Of a DNA stretch of 32,000 nucleotides, positions 25,301 to 32,000 are shown piece after piece (position 1 is the stretch's first letter; every line of letters begins with the position of its first letter). Under the pieces are notes generated by a model. That model made no database searches and had not been told where the DNA came from. It saw only the letters and a list, made by a program, of their open reading frames with translations. The position numbers and the translations under genes were made by a program. The DNA comes from Nostoc sp. PCC 7120 = FACHB-418 (GTDB taxonomy: Bacteria; Cyanobacteriota; Cyanobacteriia; Cyanobacteriales; Nostocaceae): the NCBI RefSeq assembly GCF_000009705.1, contig NC_003272.1, positions 3,660,001-3,692,000 on the forward strand. The letters run 5' to 3'.

Positions 25301-25489
25301 AAGGTTGGTTAATACTAACTGGAAGGCAAAGGCGAGAATTACCCCAGAAAGCAAAGCCACAAAAAAGCGCGGGCCGGAAGTCAGAACCGATGCCTGTGCT
25401 GGTGTAACCCCTGTTGTCTCGACTGGAATCTGTGCTGCCCACAATAGGGGCTTGAACAGTTTCAATGTAATTTCCGTACTTTGAAACAT
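22367..25489 (-). CDS. Large repeat-containing membrane protein (N-terminal TM bundle, 8 repeats of about 97 aa, C-terminal TM tail)
   Basis: 1040 aa. Hydrophobic helices lie at about residues 41-63, 97-120 and 128-150, and at the extreme C-terminus (WWLFATAVVSAVFAALGGAIAVVLV). Internal repeats start near residues 219, 309, 416, 512, 610, 709, 806 and 905, with consensus YL..TGKEELNPEGI.RDL..LL.DP..G...L..RLS..DR.TLV.LLSQR.D+SE.Q. Confidence 0.85.
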   Translation of the reverse strand: MFQSTEITLKLFKPLLWAAQIPVETTGVTPAQASVLTSGPRFFVALLSGVILAFAFQLVLTNLSVAAGISYLGRSSDSGSDTEETGSFGGTIRKIGTAVGLWTLITVTIALLVASFLAVKLSLVILDPRLGAILGLVIWGAYFLLLVWVSSTTVGSLIGSVVNTATSGFQAIMGTATAALGAKAVNQQVVATAEAAAAAMRRELGSAIDPLSIRENIEDYIEKLRPPELDISNIRSEFERLLSDPQLKAIAGSPDLRNIDRQKFIDLVSSRTDLSKRDVKRIADTLYNVWQQTVTQQQPTPDRLGELVEYLKSLPPGQAKTDELSAKLDRLISESRSAKETDQKAAPAGPIQSTIQQGISALTGIALGRTDLSDLDVEKIWHALTTAKDKATDQAGKLGLPVPSQPYSPIRADVENYLSNTYAWQLSEQRIAEEFRDVIHDPAADPGTVRRELERLSRNDFVNILQQRGLLTQGQIQHIADQLEAVRQSVLVIVTADEEREITQDLQRRIESYLLVTNKADLTPEGIERDFKPLLEDADADHETLTRRLAIIDRYSMQQILLERNDMQPGEPDRIIDDLERERDRVLLESKNLADQARYQAETLWLNVESYLRNTGKGELNPDAIRGDLKTLLADPQAGISAIRARLSRFDRETLVQLLSQRQDISEDQAHQIIHTVEESWHGVRHTPQIVADKAKEQYDSVTTTIADYLRKTGKEELNPEGIQRDLNRLFENPQEGAVALRRRLSQVDRDTLVKLLSQRQDLSEQQVNEVIDSVQGSIRNIVRAPRRLATRTQQQVQNFQAYLAEYLRQTGKEELNPEGIKRDLQLLLHDPRVGVESFSDRLAHFDRSTIIALLKIREDISDEEAARIADNIVSVQEQFVEQVRSIQRRIHDVIDGVFARIRNYLNALERPELNYDGIKRDVRTLLEDPQAGFDALRDRLSSFNRETLVAIVSSRDDISEEDANRVIDQIERARNTVLQRAERLQHEAQRRLEEVKHQAQRQAEETRKAAATASWWLFATAVVSAVFAALGGAIAVVLV

Positions 25490-25824
25490 TGTATTTCCTT
25501 TTTTTTAAGCAATTTAAATTTGGATGGATTTAGAATTTTGTCAGTTACAAATGTAATTTCTGTATCTATCGCAATGCCCAAATCTTCTTGCTTACAGAAT
25601 CCAAGAATTTAGTACCTCAGAACATCCCCCCAAAGTTTGAAACCTATATCCTGCGGCAGATAGAACTTTGACTATTTAAAGGTGGCAATTTTCCTTTAAT
25701 TCTATCTGAATATCAACTGAAAAGCCTTGCTAATCATGCTTATTCTAAAGTTGTTTTTAATTGCTTGATTCCCGTGAATATATTTATTTAAATAAGCTAT
25801 TTTTTTATGAAATTCCCTGATGAG

Positions 25825-25842
25825 TTTACATTTATTTACAAA
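25825..25842 (+). promoter_or_regulatory. HLR1 (high-light regulatory 1) element, predicted RpaB-type binding site
   Basis: TTTACATT-TA-TTTACAAA matches the published consensus (G/T)TTACA(T/A)(T/A)-N2-(G/T)TTACA(T/A)(T/A) exactly. It lies about 160 nt upstream of the first hli ATG, in the divergent intergenic region. Confidence 0.6.
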
Positions 25843-26002
25843 TAGAATTTTTATCACCTCCTTCAGGGGTATTTGACAGAATTGAAATGTATCCAGTAAT
25901 AGTCCCCTAGAAGTGGCTATACTTTGTACCCACCGACAGAAAGCATCTGATTGATGAATAGCTAAAGTAAAGTTAAGTAACGCAATTATTCAGGATAAAA
26001 AA

Positions 26003-26206
26003 ATGGAAACTCGCTCTACTACCGACTTACCAAAAGTTGCCACAGAATACAACGGCGTAGACCGTAACGCTTTTCTGTTTGGTTGGAATCCCCAATCGGA
26101 AATATGGAACGGACGTTTGGCAATGATTGGATTTCTAGCTTATCTATTGTGGGATTTAGCTGGCTACAGCGTCCTGCGTGATGTATTACACCTCATCGGT
26201 TACTAA
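26003..26206 (+). CDS. hli: High-light-inducible protein (HLIP/Scp, CAB/ELIP/HLIP family)
   Basis: 67 aa with a single TM carrying the chlorophyll-binding motif EIWNGRLAMIGFLAYLLWD. Confidence 0.9.
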   Translation: METRSTTDLPKVATEYNGVDRNAFLFGWNPQSEIWNGRLAMIGFLAYLLWDLAGYSVLRDVLHLIGY

Positions 26207-26250
26207 AAAACTCTGTAGTCGAACATCAACTTTATTTAGGAGAAACAACG

Positions 26251-26454
26251 ATGCAAACTCGTCCATCCACTGATTTACCACCTGTTGCACCAGCATATAA
26301 CGGTGTAGACCGCAATGCCTTTTTATTCGGCTGGACTCCCCAATCGGAAATATGGAACGGTCGCCTAGCAATGATTGGATTTCTGGCTTATTTGCTGTGG
26401 GATTTAGCAGGCTACAGCGTCCTACGCGATGTATTACACCTCATCCGATATTAA
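26251..26454 (+). CDS. hli: High-light-inducible protein (HLIP/Scp), tandem paralog
   Basis: 67 aa. Over the last 53 residues it differs from the upstream copy at only 2 positions, while the DNA differs mostly at third codon positions. A 44-nt spacer carrying GGAG precedes the ATG. Confidence 0.9.
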   Translation: MQTRPSTDLPPVAPAYNGVDRNAFLFGWTPQSEIWNGRLAMIGFLAYLLWDLAGYSVLRDVLHLIRY

Positions 26455-26466
26455 AATCGCAGCATC

Positions 26467-26499
26467 AATACCCGACTTGCTAACAAGATCGGGTATTTT
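26467..26499 (+). terminator. Probable terminator of the hli pair
   Basis: The stem is cccgac-ttg / caagatcggg (one bulge) with loop ctaa, followed by tatttt. Confidence 0.5.
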
Positions 26500-26630
26500 G
26501 ATTAATGACATTTTTTTGGATTTCTTATCCAAAGCGGAGTTCAAAAATTAAGATAGATATTCATCGTGATGCGGGATGAGCAGTGATTGATAGATTAATG
26601 AAAATGTCATACAGAAAACAATCTACATCC

Positions 26631-27125
26631 TTATGGCAAGACAAATGATATGAGAATGAAGCTAATTAGCAAGTGACCAATCAAACGGTTTATAGAAATT
26701 CCCAAGCTGTAAATAGTAGAAAATCCCCACCAATTCCAATATTGCAAATCAACACTGAAAATACTGGTGAGAGTTGTTAACACAATCAATAATAATCGTG
26801 TATAAATAGATTGTGTTGCTGTTAACAGCAATATTGATGTCAAAGTAGTTGCAACCAGTAATTCAGTAATAAATTCAATGATAAAGAATCGACTTATGGA
26901 ATAGTAGCTCTCAGTCCTGACCGCGATAAACGCTGTAACTTTGTCTTTTATATAATACAATCCTTTCGTGGATTGGCGTTCCAAAATTTCACCCACGGTT
27001 GATTGAGTTTCCAACTCCTTAACACTTCTAATACCCCAAGGTGTTAAGCTTTGGGTGAGTCCACTCCATAAAAATAAAAGCACTCCCCCAATGATTGCAC
27101 CTTTAAGCAAGCTAAACCAATCCAC
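26631..27125 (-). CDS. Hypothetical membrane protein
   Basis: 164 aa with a GTG start and about 4 hydrophobic segments. It lies 77 nt downstream of the monooxygenase gene on the same strand. Confidence 0.55.
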   Translation of the reverse strand: MDWFSLLKGAIIGGVLLFLWSGLTQSLTPWGIRSVKELETQSTVGEILERQSTKGLYYIKDKVTAFIAVRTESYYSISRFFIIEFITELLVATTLTSILLLTATQSIYTRLLLIVLTTLTSIFSVDLQYWNWWGFSTIYSLGISINRLIGHLLISFILISFVLP

Positions 27126-27202
27126 GTTTTATCTCCTCTAAAGTATGTATTTTGGTGACATTCACACATAATTATACTAAACAGAGAAAGATTTATGAAT
27201 TC

Positions 27203-28720
27203 TTACAATAACCCCTCTATGATTTCGTCAAAATTACGCTGATAAACTTGTTCAGAGTAACTTTGCCAGTGTTTTTGTGAAGCATAAGGAGAACGTTTTA
27301 ATGTCGCCTGCTGCACATAAGCCATTAATGGGCGACGAAGCAATTCATATTTTTCAAATGCGGTATCTATAGCTTGTTGATTATGCCAATAATTACCTTG
27401 GGCAATTTTAGCGATTAGTGTGGCTACTACTAACGCATCTTCCAATCCTTGATTAGCACCTTGAGCCATGAATGGGGGCATTCCATGTGCCGCATCACCT
27501 ACTAATACAACTCGCCCAGCACTCCATTTGGGTTGAATTGGAGAAGATGTACTTAGACTATTGTCTGAATCTAAATGAGTGACGCGATGTACATAATATG
27601 GGCGCTGTTTTATATTAGCTGGTGGAGATAAAAGAACTAATTGCCGTAGGGAATCGGGAAATTCTGCTTGTTCAAATACCTGAGTAACTAATTCTTGTAA
27701 AGAGTTATTAGGTGGATTTTGCAAAGACTCCAAAGCTACGGGCAAATGTACGATATATCCAAACTGATTAGCTCTGCGGAATAACAATATTCTGATATCT
27801 GGTGTATCATCTGCCACATTTTTAGATATTTCACCATCAAATATGGTAACAATTGTTGAGCCTTGTAAAAACTTATCTTCGAGTTCTATTTCTAATTCCT
27901 TGGGGAGATCATCAAGACCTTGACAAGTTATAGCGGCAAACCCAGAATATTCAGGTCTGGATAAATCTTGATTTGGACTATCTTGATACATAACTCTACG
28001 GATTGTCGAGTTAATTCCATCTGCGGCTACTATTAGTTTAGCTCGGAAAGATTTTGTCACTGATTCTTGAACCTTATTCTCCGAATTTTCCGAATCTGTG
28101 TCATTCCAATGAGCATAAGGATTAGCTTCTAGTGTAGTATCAGATAGACAATCCAACTGCACATATTCACTCTCTGGCTCATCTACAATATTGATGCAAC
28201 GGTGATTAGCTCTAACTTGGTTTTGGGGTAGTAAGTTTCTTAAAGCTGTCTGCAAATCGTACCAAGATATTGTTAATCGACCTTCACCATAATCTTGAAC
28301 CCATTGATCAAAATCGAGAGGAATAGAGTAAACTATCTGTCCTTGTACATTTCTGCAATGCCACTTTTGTGTAGTATCAGGTGCTGTTTTGTTTTGAGAT
28401 TTAGGCTGAGACTTCGCAAAAGTAATACTGGCCGTTTTCACTGCTTCATAAGCATTATTATCCAAACATCTGAGAGCTTTTAATCCATTGGGAAGAAGAT
28501 CCAAACCTTGACCAACCTGACGAAAAGCACGGGTCTGATCTAATACAACAATGTTTTCAATACCCCGCTTATGTAAACCGATAGCTGTGGCCAAACCAAT
28601 AGGCCCAGCACCAACAACAATAACATCGTATATATGTGAATTTACATCAGTGGGTAACGGAGATGATTGTAATACAGATTGCTCTTTCGTTGTTTCGTGA
28701 ATTGATTGATTTTCCGACAT
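27203..28720 (-). CDS. FAD-dependent monooxygenase (aromatic-ring hydroxylase / zeaxanthin-epoxidase-like family)
   Basis: 505 aa with the dinucleotide fold YDVIVVGAGPIGLATAIGL and the FAD/substrate motif VVLVGDAAHGMPPFMAQGANQGLEDA. Confidence 0.9.
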   Translation of the reverse strand: MSENQSIHETTKEQSVLQSSPLPTDVNSHIYDVIVVGAGPIGLATAIGLHKRGIENIVVLDQTRAFRQVGQGLDLLPNGLKALRCLDNNAYEAVKTASITFAKSQPKSQNKTAPDTTQKWHCRNVQGQIVYSIPLDFDQWVQDYGEGRLTISWYDLQTALRNLLPQNQVRANHRCINIVDEPESEYVQLDCLSDTTLEANPYAHWNDTDSENSENKVQESVTKSFRAKLIVAADGINSTIRRVMYQDSPNQDLSRPEYSGFAAITCQGLDDLPKELEIELEDKFLQGSTIVTIFDGEISKNVADDTPDIRILLFRRANQFGYIVHLPVALESLQNPPNNSLQELVTQVFEQAEFPDSLRQLVLLSPPANIKQRPYYVHRVTHLDSDNSLSTSSPIQPKWSAGRVVLVGDAAHGMPPFMAQGANQGLEDALVVATLIAKIAQGNYWHNQQAIDTAFEKYELLRRPLMAYVQQATLKRSPYASQKHWQSYSEQVYQRNFDEIIEGLL

Positions 28721-28741
28721 ACTTATACAGATAAAGATTTA

Positions 28742-28863
28742 ATAAGCTATTCTGCTTTTAAGTTGCATAATCCATCGTGAGGGCTGTTAACTGTTGACAG
28801 TCAATGGTCAACAGTTAACAGCCCTTATTAGCAGTTATACAATTTAGCCGCGCATTAGCTTAG
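28742..28863. mobile_element. Palindromic MITE-like element, copy 2 (family shared with 17635-17780)
   Basis: About 122 bp. Terminal repeats are taagcta/tagctta and the inner inverted repeat is a perfect 18 bp (gggctgttaactgttgac / gtcaacagttaacagccc). It ends 22 nt upstream of the monooxygenase ATG. Confidence 0.6.
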
Positions 28864-29050
28864 AAAGCAAGTAATCATAAATATAATAAACTACTGTCGG
28901 TTCTACGAATTAAATAGTAGCTAATATCTTTAAATATCTTTTTATACTCGTTGATTAATACATGAGCGCTTATTATCTAGTTACCTAATCAGCTTAGGAA
29001 CTTCTTATCAATTGACTCCATCATCATAGATAATGTGAGGAGTTACATCC

Positions 29051-29542
29051 ATGTTTAAATTCCCAATCAATATTGTATTGAATTTAACAATTATTGGATT
29101 GTTTTCCAGTTATATAGCAATCTTTACAAACCCTGTTATTGCTAGTGAAGCAATAATTGATAAAAATTGCCGCTATCATCGGAGAACACCACAAAATATA
29201 CAAAAGATTCCCCCAAAAAGCCGCGCAACTGTATACTTTACATCGGGCTTCAATGCTAATAAACAAAAATACTTTTTACAAGTGCTAAAACTTCCCAATT
29301 CTACAGGTATTTTTTGTTTGTTTAGTACTAACTCTCAAAAAGCCAAGAAAATACCTGAAACCCAACTGATTCAAAATAAACAGATTGAAAAAGTGGAAAA
29401 ACTTTCTGAACAGGCTGCAACTTATATTGTGACTGTGAAAGGTAATAAAAACGAAAATATCTTCCGAGCTTTCTATAAATTAAACCTTAGCAATCCCTAT
29501 CGCCCGGAGATGACACCAATTATCAAAATATATAAAAGCTAA
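29051..29542 (+). CDS. Hypothetical secreted protein
   Basis: 163 aa with GAGGAG 9 nt upstream of the ATG and a signal-peptide-like N-terminus (LNLTIIGLFSSYIAIFTNPVIA). Lys/Asn-rich, with no family recognised. Confidence 0.5.
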   Translation: MFKFPINIVLNLTIIGLFSSYIAIFTNPVIASEAIIDKNCRYHRRTPQNIQKIPPKSRATVYFTSGFNANKQKYFLQVLKLPNSTGIFCLFSTNSQKAKKIPETQLIQNKQIEKVEKLSEQAATYIVTVKGNKNENIFRAFYKLNLSNPYRPEMTPIIKIYKS

Positions 29543-29722
29543 CCATAGAGAAAGCCATCTGTAGAGATATGGCAGTTTTCCGAGAGTTGAGGACATATTT
29601 TAGTAACAAAATTTTGATACTAAAAGCCTTCCCAGACTATTTCTTGTCCTCTCTGCCCCTACAAATGGCTTTATTTACCATAAATAAAGCTAGTATAAGC
29701 TCAACCTAGTCATTTTTTATTT

Positions 29723-30697
29723 TCATTTTAGCGATCGCCTGACTAACATCTGCGGAAGCCAAAAAAGATAAGAATATGCCTGTTTTGCGTGACTGTAAAG
29801 CGAGAATAACTGAGCTTTACTCAATAATGTGTAGGGTTGGAGTGTTTTGAGAATTTCTCCCAACTTATCTTTTCCTACAGTTTGACTGACACCACTAACA
29901 ACATAATCTTGTAAATGCGGCGGTAATTGCCAGTCAATATTAGCATCTGGTTGATGTATTACAGGTTCAACATTACCTCGCCATGCAACTCCCATAATTT
30001 GCATGGTTTGATATACCATTGTGTTCCAACCTTTCTCTTTCAAATAGTCTAACCCTTGCCCTACATCAGGAGAAGCCAAATCGTGAAATAAAATTAAAGC
30101 ATCCGGTTCTGCAAGTTGTTCACAAATAATTGCATCATTAAGTGGGGCTGGTGCTTCATGATGACCATCTATAAAAATCAACGACCATTTACGTTGAAAT
30201 TGATTTGCTATCTCTGCTACTTTTTGGGGGCTGTATCCTGGTATGAGATTTACTGATTCCTTTACCCCTGCTGACTTCAGTGATTCTGTAACGCTTTCAT
30301 TAAACAATTGTTCAGCAAGCATAGGATCAATGACATCAAGCTCTACTCCTCCTAGAGCTAAATGACAAGCTGACCAACCCATCCAACAACCTATTTCTAA
30401 AGCTTTTTTCCCCTTAAATTTTAAAGCTGTATTGTATAAAATGTGAGCCTCATCTCTGCTAACAAATCCCACCTCTTGACGGCGCTGATCAACATAAAAG
30501 TTATGAGCAATATCTCGCCGGAGATAAAACCAAAAAGAATCATATCTGTTGCCCAAAATCATATTGGGAAAACATGAGTCTGGTTGAATAGTAGAAAAAC
30601 CGGACGAAACATAATCTCCGGTTGGAAATGACTCATTTTTTATTACTTTTACTGTGTTTTCTTTCATAGATAATTGTCTGAGTATTGGATCAACCAA
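29723..30697 (-). CDS. Class I SAM-dependent methyltransferase (Methyltransf_24 / O-MTase family 3-like)
   Basis: The ORF track starts at TTG 30697; the ATG at 30667 (MKENTV...) is more likely. Motif I is ALEIGCWMGWSACHLALGG, with the downstream block LIFIDGHHE. Confidence 0.8.
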   Translation of the reverse strand: MVDPILRQLSMKENTVKVIKNESFPTGDYVSSGFSTIQPDSCFPNMILGNRYDSFWFYLRRDIAHNFYVDQRRQEVGFVSRDEAHILYNTALKFKGKKALEIGCWMGWSACHLALGGVELDVIDPMLAEQLFNESVTESLKSAGVKESVNLIPGYSPQKVAEIANQFQRKWSLIFIDGHHEAPAPLNDAIICEQLAEPDALILFHDLASPDVGQGLDYLKEKGWNTMVYQTMQIMGVAWRGNVEPVIHQPDANIDWQLPPHLQDYVVSGVSQTVGKDKLGEILKTLQPYTLLSKAQLFSLYSHAKQAYSYLFWLPQMLVRRSLK

Positions 30698-30770
30698 AAT
30701 TTAGCCACAATATATAGAGGCGATTTTGATCATAGGTAATGGGTAATTGGTAAATTTTGTTCCTATTACC

Positions 30771-30798
30771 GAAAACTCCACCCACAAAGGGATGGAGT
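30771..30798 (-). terminator. Terminator-like hairpin of the CCATCCC/GGGTGG family downstream of the DnaJ-pentapeptide gene
   Basis: The minus strand reads actccatccc-tttg-tgggtggagt followed by tttc, about 125 nt after the stop at 30925. Confidence 0.4.
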
Positions 30799-30924
30799 CT
30801 TTCATGTCATCGAACTCACCTTGTATCAATCCCCGTCAGGAATTGAAATAGATTTTAACCAAATAACTGATTGATCAATGGGAAATTTAGCTTAAAACAA
30901 GAATTCCCTACCCAGCACAGTTTA

Positions 30925-31578
30925 TTAGCGATGAACAAGCCCATCAGGCATAATCGCACCACTTAAGTTTGCGCCTATCAACTTTACCAGTAGGCGATCG
31001 CCTGAACGAATCCGCGCTCCTGTCAGGTCTGCACCCCGCAAGTCAGCACCACTGAGATCAGCACCAATTAAATTAGCAGAGCGCAAATTCGCTTCTCTTA
31101 AGTCAGCTAAGAGTAAATTGGCTCTAAACAAGTTGGCCTCTGACAAATCCGCACCTCTGAGAATCACTTTGTGCATAAAAGTGTCACTGAGATTAGCACC
31201 GCTCAGGTTAGCATAGCTGAGGTTTCTGCCAGATAAATCTTTGTTACTCAAATTTGCCCGACTAAAATCTTTGCCACTCAAGTCTGAGTTCTGTTTTTGT
31301 GGCTGATGGGTTTCTTGGTATGATTTTTGGGGTTCCGGTGGGCGATGGTGATAAACATGATGAGCCTTACCATTGCCATTTAACGAGCGCAATTTGTCAC
31401 GAGCTTCGTTAATGGCCTTGAGTTTGTCTTGTGCTTTTTGTTGCAAGCGGACATTATCTTTGGGTAGGCGATCGGGATGCCACACAAACACCAAATCCTT
31501 ATAAGCTTGGTTAACTTCCTCAAGGGTAGCCCCTACTTCCAATTCCAATACCCTATAATACCGCTCCAGCTCGCTCAT
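30925..31578 (-). CDS. J-domain protein fused to pentapeptide repeats
   Basis: 217 aa. The N-terminal J domain reads [31 protein letters not shown] with the HPD motif. The C-terminus has more than 15 pentapeptide repeats ([10 protein letters not shown] ... [15 protein letters not shown]). Confidence 0.9.
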   Translation of the reverse strand: MSELERYYRVLELEVGATLEEVNQAYKDLVFVWHPDRLPKDNVRLQQKAQDKLKAINEARDKLRSLNGNGKAHHVYHHRPPEPQKSYQETHQPQKQNSDLSGKDFSRANLSNKDLSGRNLSYANLSGANLSDTFMHKVILRGADLSEANLFRANLLLADLREANLRSANLIGADLSGADLRGADLTGARIRSGDRLLVKLIGANLSGAIMPDGLVHR

Positions 31579-31852
31579 AAGATGTTTTAGTGGCGAATCA
31601 ACTTAATTATGAGAGATATAGCCCTCCATATTTATCAATAGGGACTGGGCAGTTCCGTAGTCACTTTTACATAGTTTAGATGCTACGGTAAAACATTAGT
31701 ACTCAGACATTATATAAGCCTATCGCAGCAAACTCAGTCTATCAATAACTTTTTTCCCTGCCAGTCCGGAGATAGGAATTCAGAAATCAGAATCGAGTGT
31801 GGAAATCCAAATTTACTTGTTGCTCTATTCTAGATTCTGAAGGCTTCAGCAA

Positions 31853-32000
31853 TTATCTTTCGGCTTGCCTATTTCTCCATCTAGTGATAGCTCGAAAATA
31901 TGCGGCTACGGGAATTTGATAAACTTCTATAAAAATCCAAATAATAATTGATAAATGCGACAAAAAAGTTAATATTGTCCAAATATACGGCAGCCAAGTC
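31853..32000 (-). CDS. 3' end of a truncated membrane-protein ORF that continues beyond the window
   Basis: The open frame from the window edge reads ..WLPYIWTILTFLSHLSIIIWIFIEVYQIPVAAYFRAITRWRNRQAER*. It is hydrophobic, short, and has no family call. Confidence 0.3.
   Translation of the reverse strand, partial: TWLPYIWTILTFLSHLSIIIWIFIEVYQIPVAAYFRAITRWRNRQAER

Noticed and set aside
25873-25923. Candidate sigma-70 promoter for the hli pair (TTGACA at 25873-25878; TATACT at 25918-25923).
   Set aside because: The two hexamers are 39 nt apart, so they cannot belong to one promoter. Neither has a convincing partner at 16-18 nt, so no promoter is called.

Overview
This window looks like chromosomal DNA from a filamentous, Nostocales-type cyanobacterium. 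The palindromic octamer GCGATCGC (HIP1) occurs more than 20 times by eye. Intergenic regions carry STRR-like heptamer tandem repeats and hairpin or MITE-like repeats, and there is a tandem pair of HLIP genes. About 30 coding regions are credible: family-4 uracil-DNA glycosylase, an MscS channel, an HPP membrane protein, an ureidoglycolate-lyase-like protein, a GNAT acetyltransferase, a TRAP transporter (dctQM with a convergent dctP), an ArsB/NhaD-superfamily permease, a USP-like protein, a NitT/TauT-type ABC ATPase next to decayed permease and binding-protein remnants, an orphan histidine kinase, two SAM methyltransferases, a CrtISO/CrtH-like oxidoreductase split by a MITE, a 1040-aa repeat membrane protein, an FAD monooxygenase and a DnaJ-pentapeptide fusion. 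No rRNA, tRNA or CRISPR array was seen. The best candidate for an undescribed system is the minus-strand cluster at 9440-12978. It holds a coiled-coil protein, then a tight operon of a 599-aa bitopic OmpA/MotB-type protein (with a possible cytoplasmic Roadblock-like segment), a Ras/Rab-like small GTPase with atypical catalytic residues, and a translationally coupled 126-aa sensor-like protein. Other signals are two paralogous c-di-AMP (ydaO-type) riboswitch-like leaders at 17281-17490 and 15331-15540 with compensatory stem changes, a TA-targeted 151-bp MITE interrupting the oxidoreductase gene, a 24-nt in-frame palindromic insertion in the ABC ATPase, a palindromic MITE family with compensatory terminal repeats, and a perfect HLR1 element upstream of the hli pair. 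All functional calls come from motifs read by eye. No searches were run.
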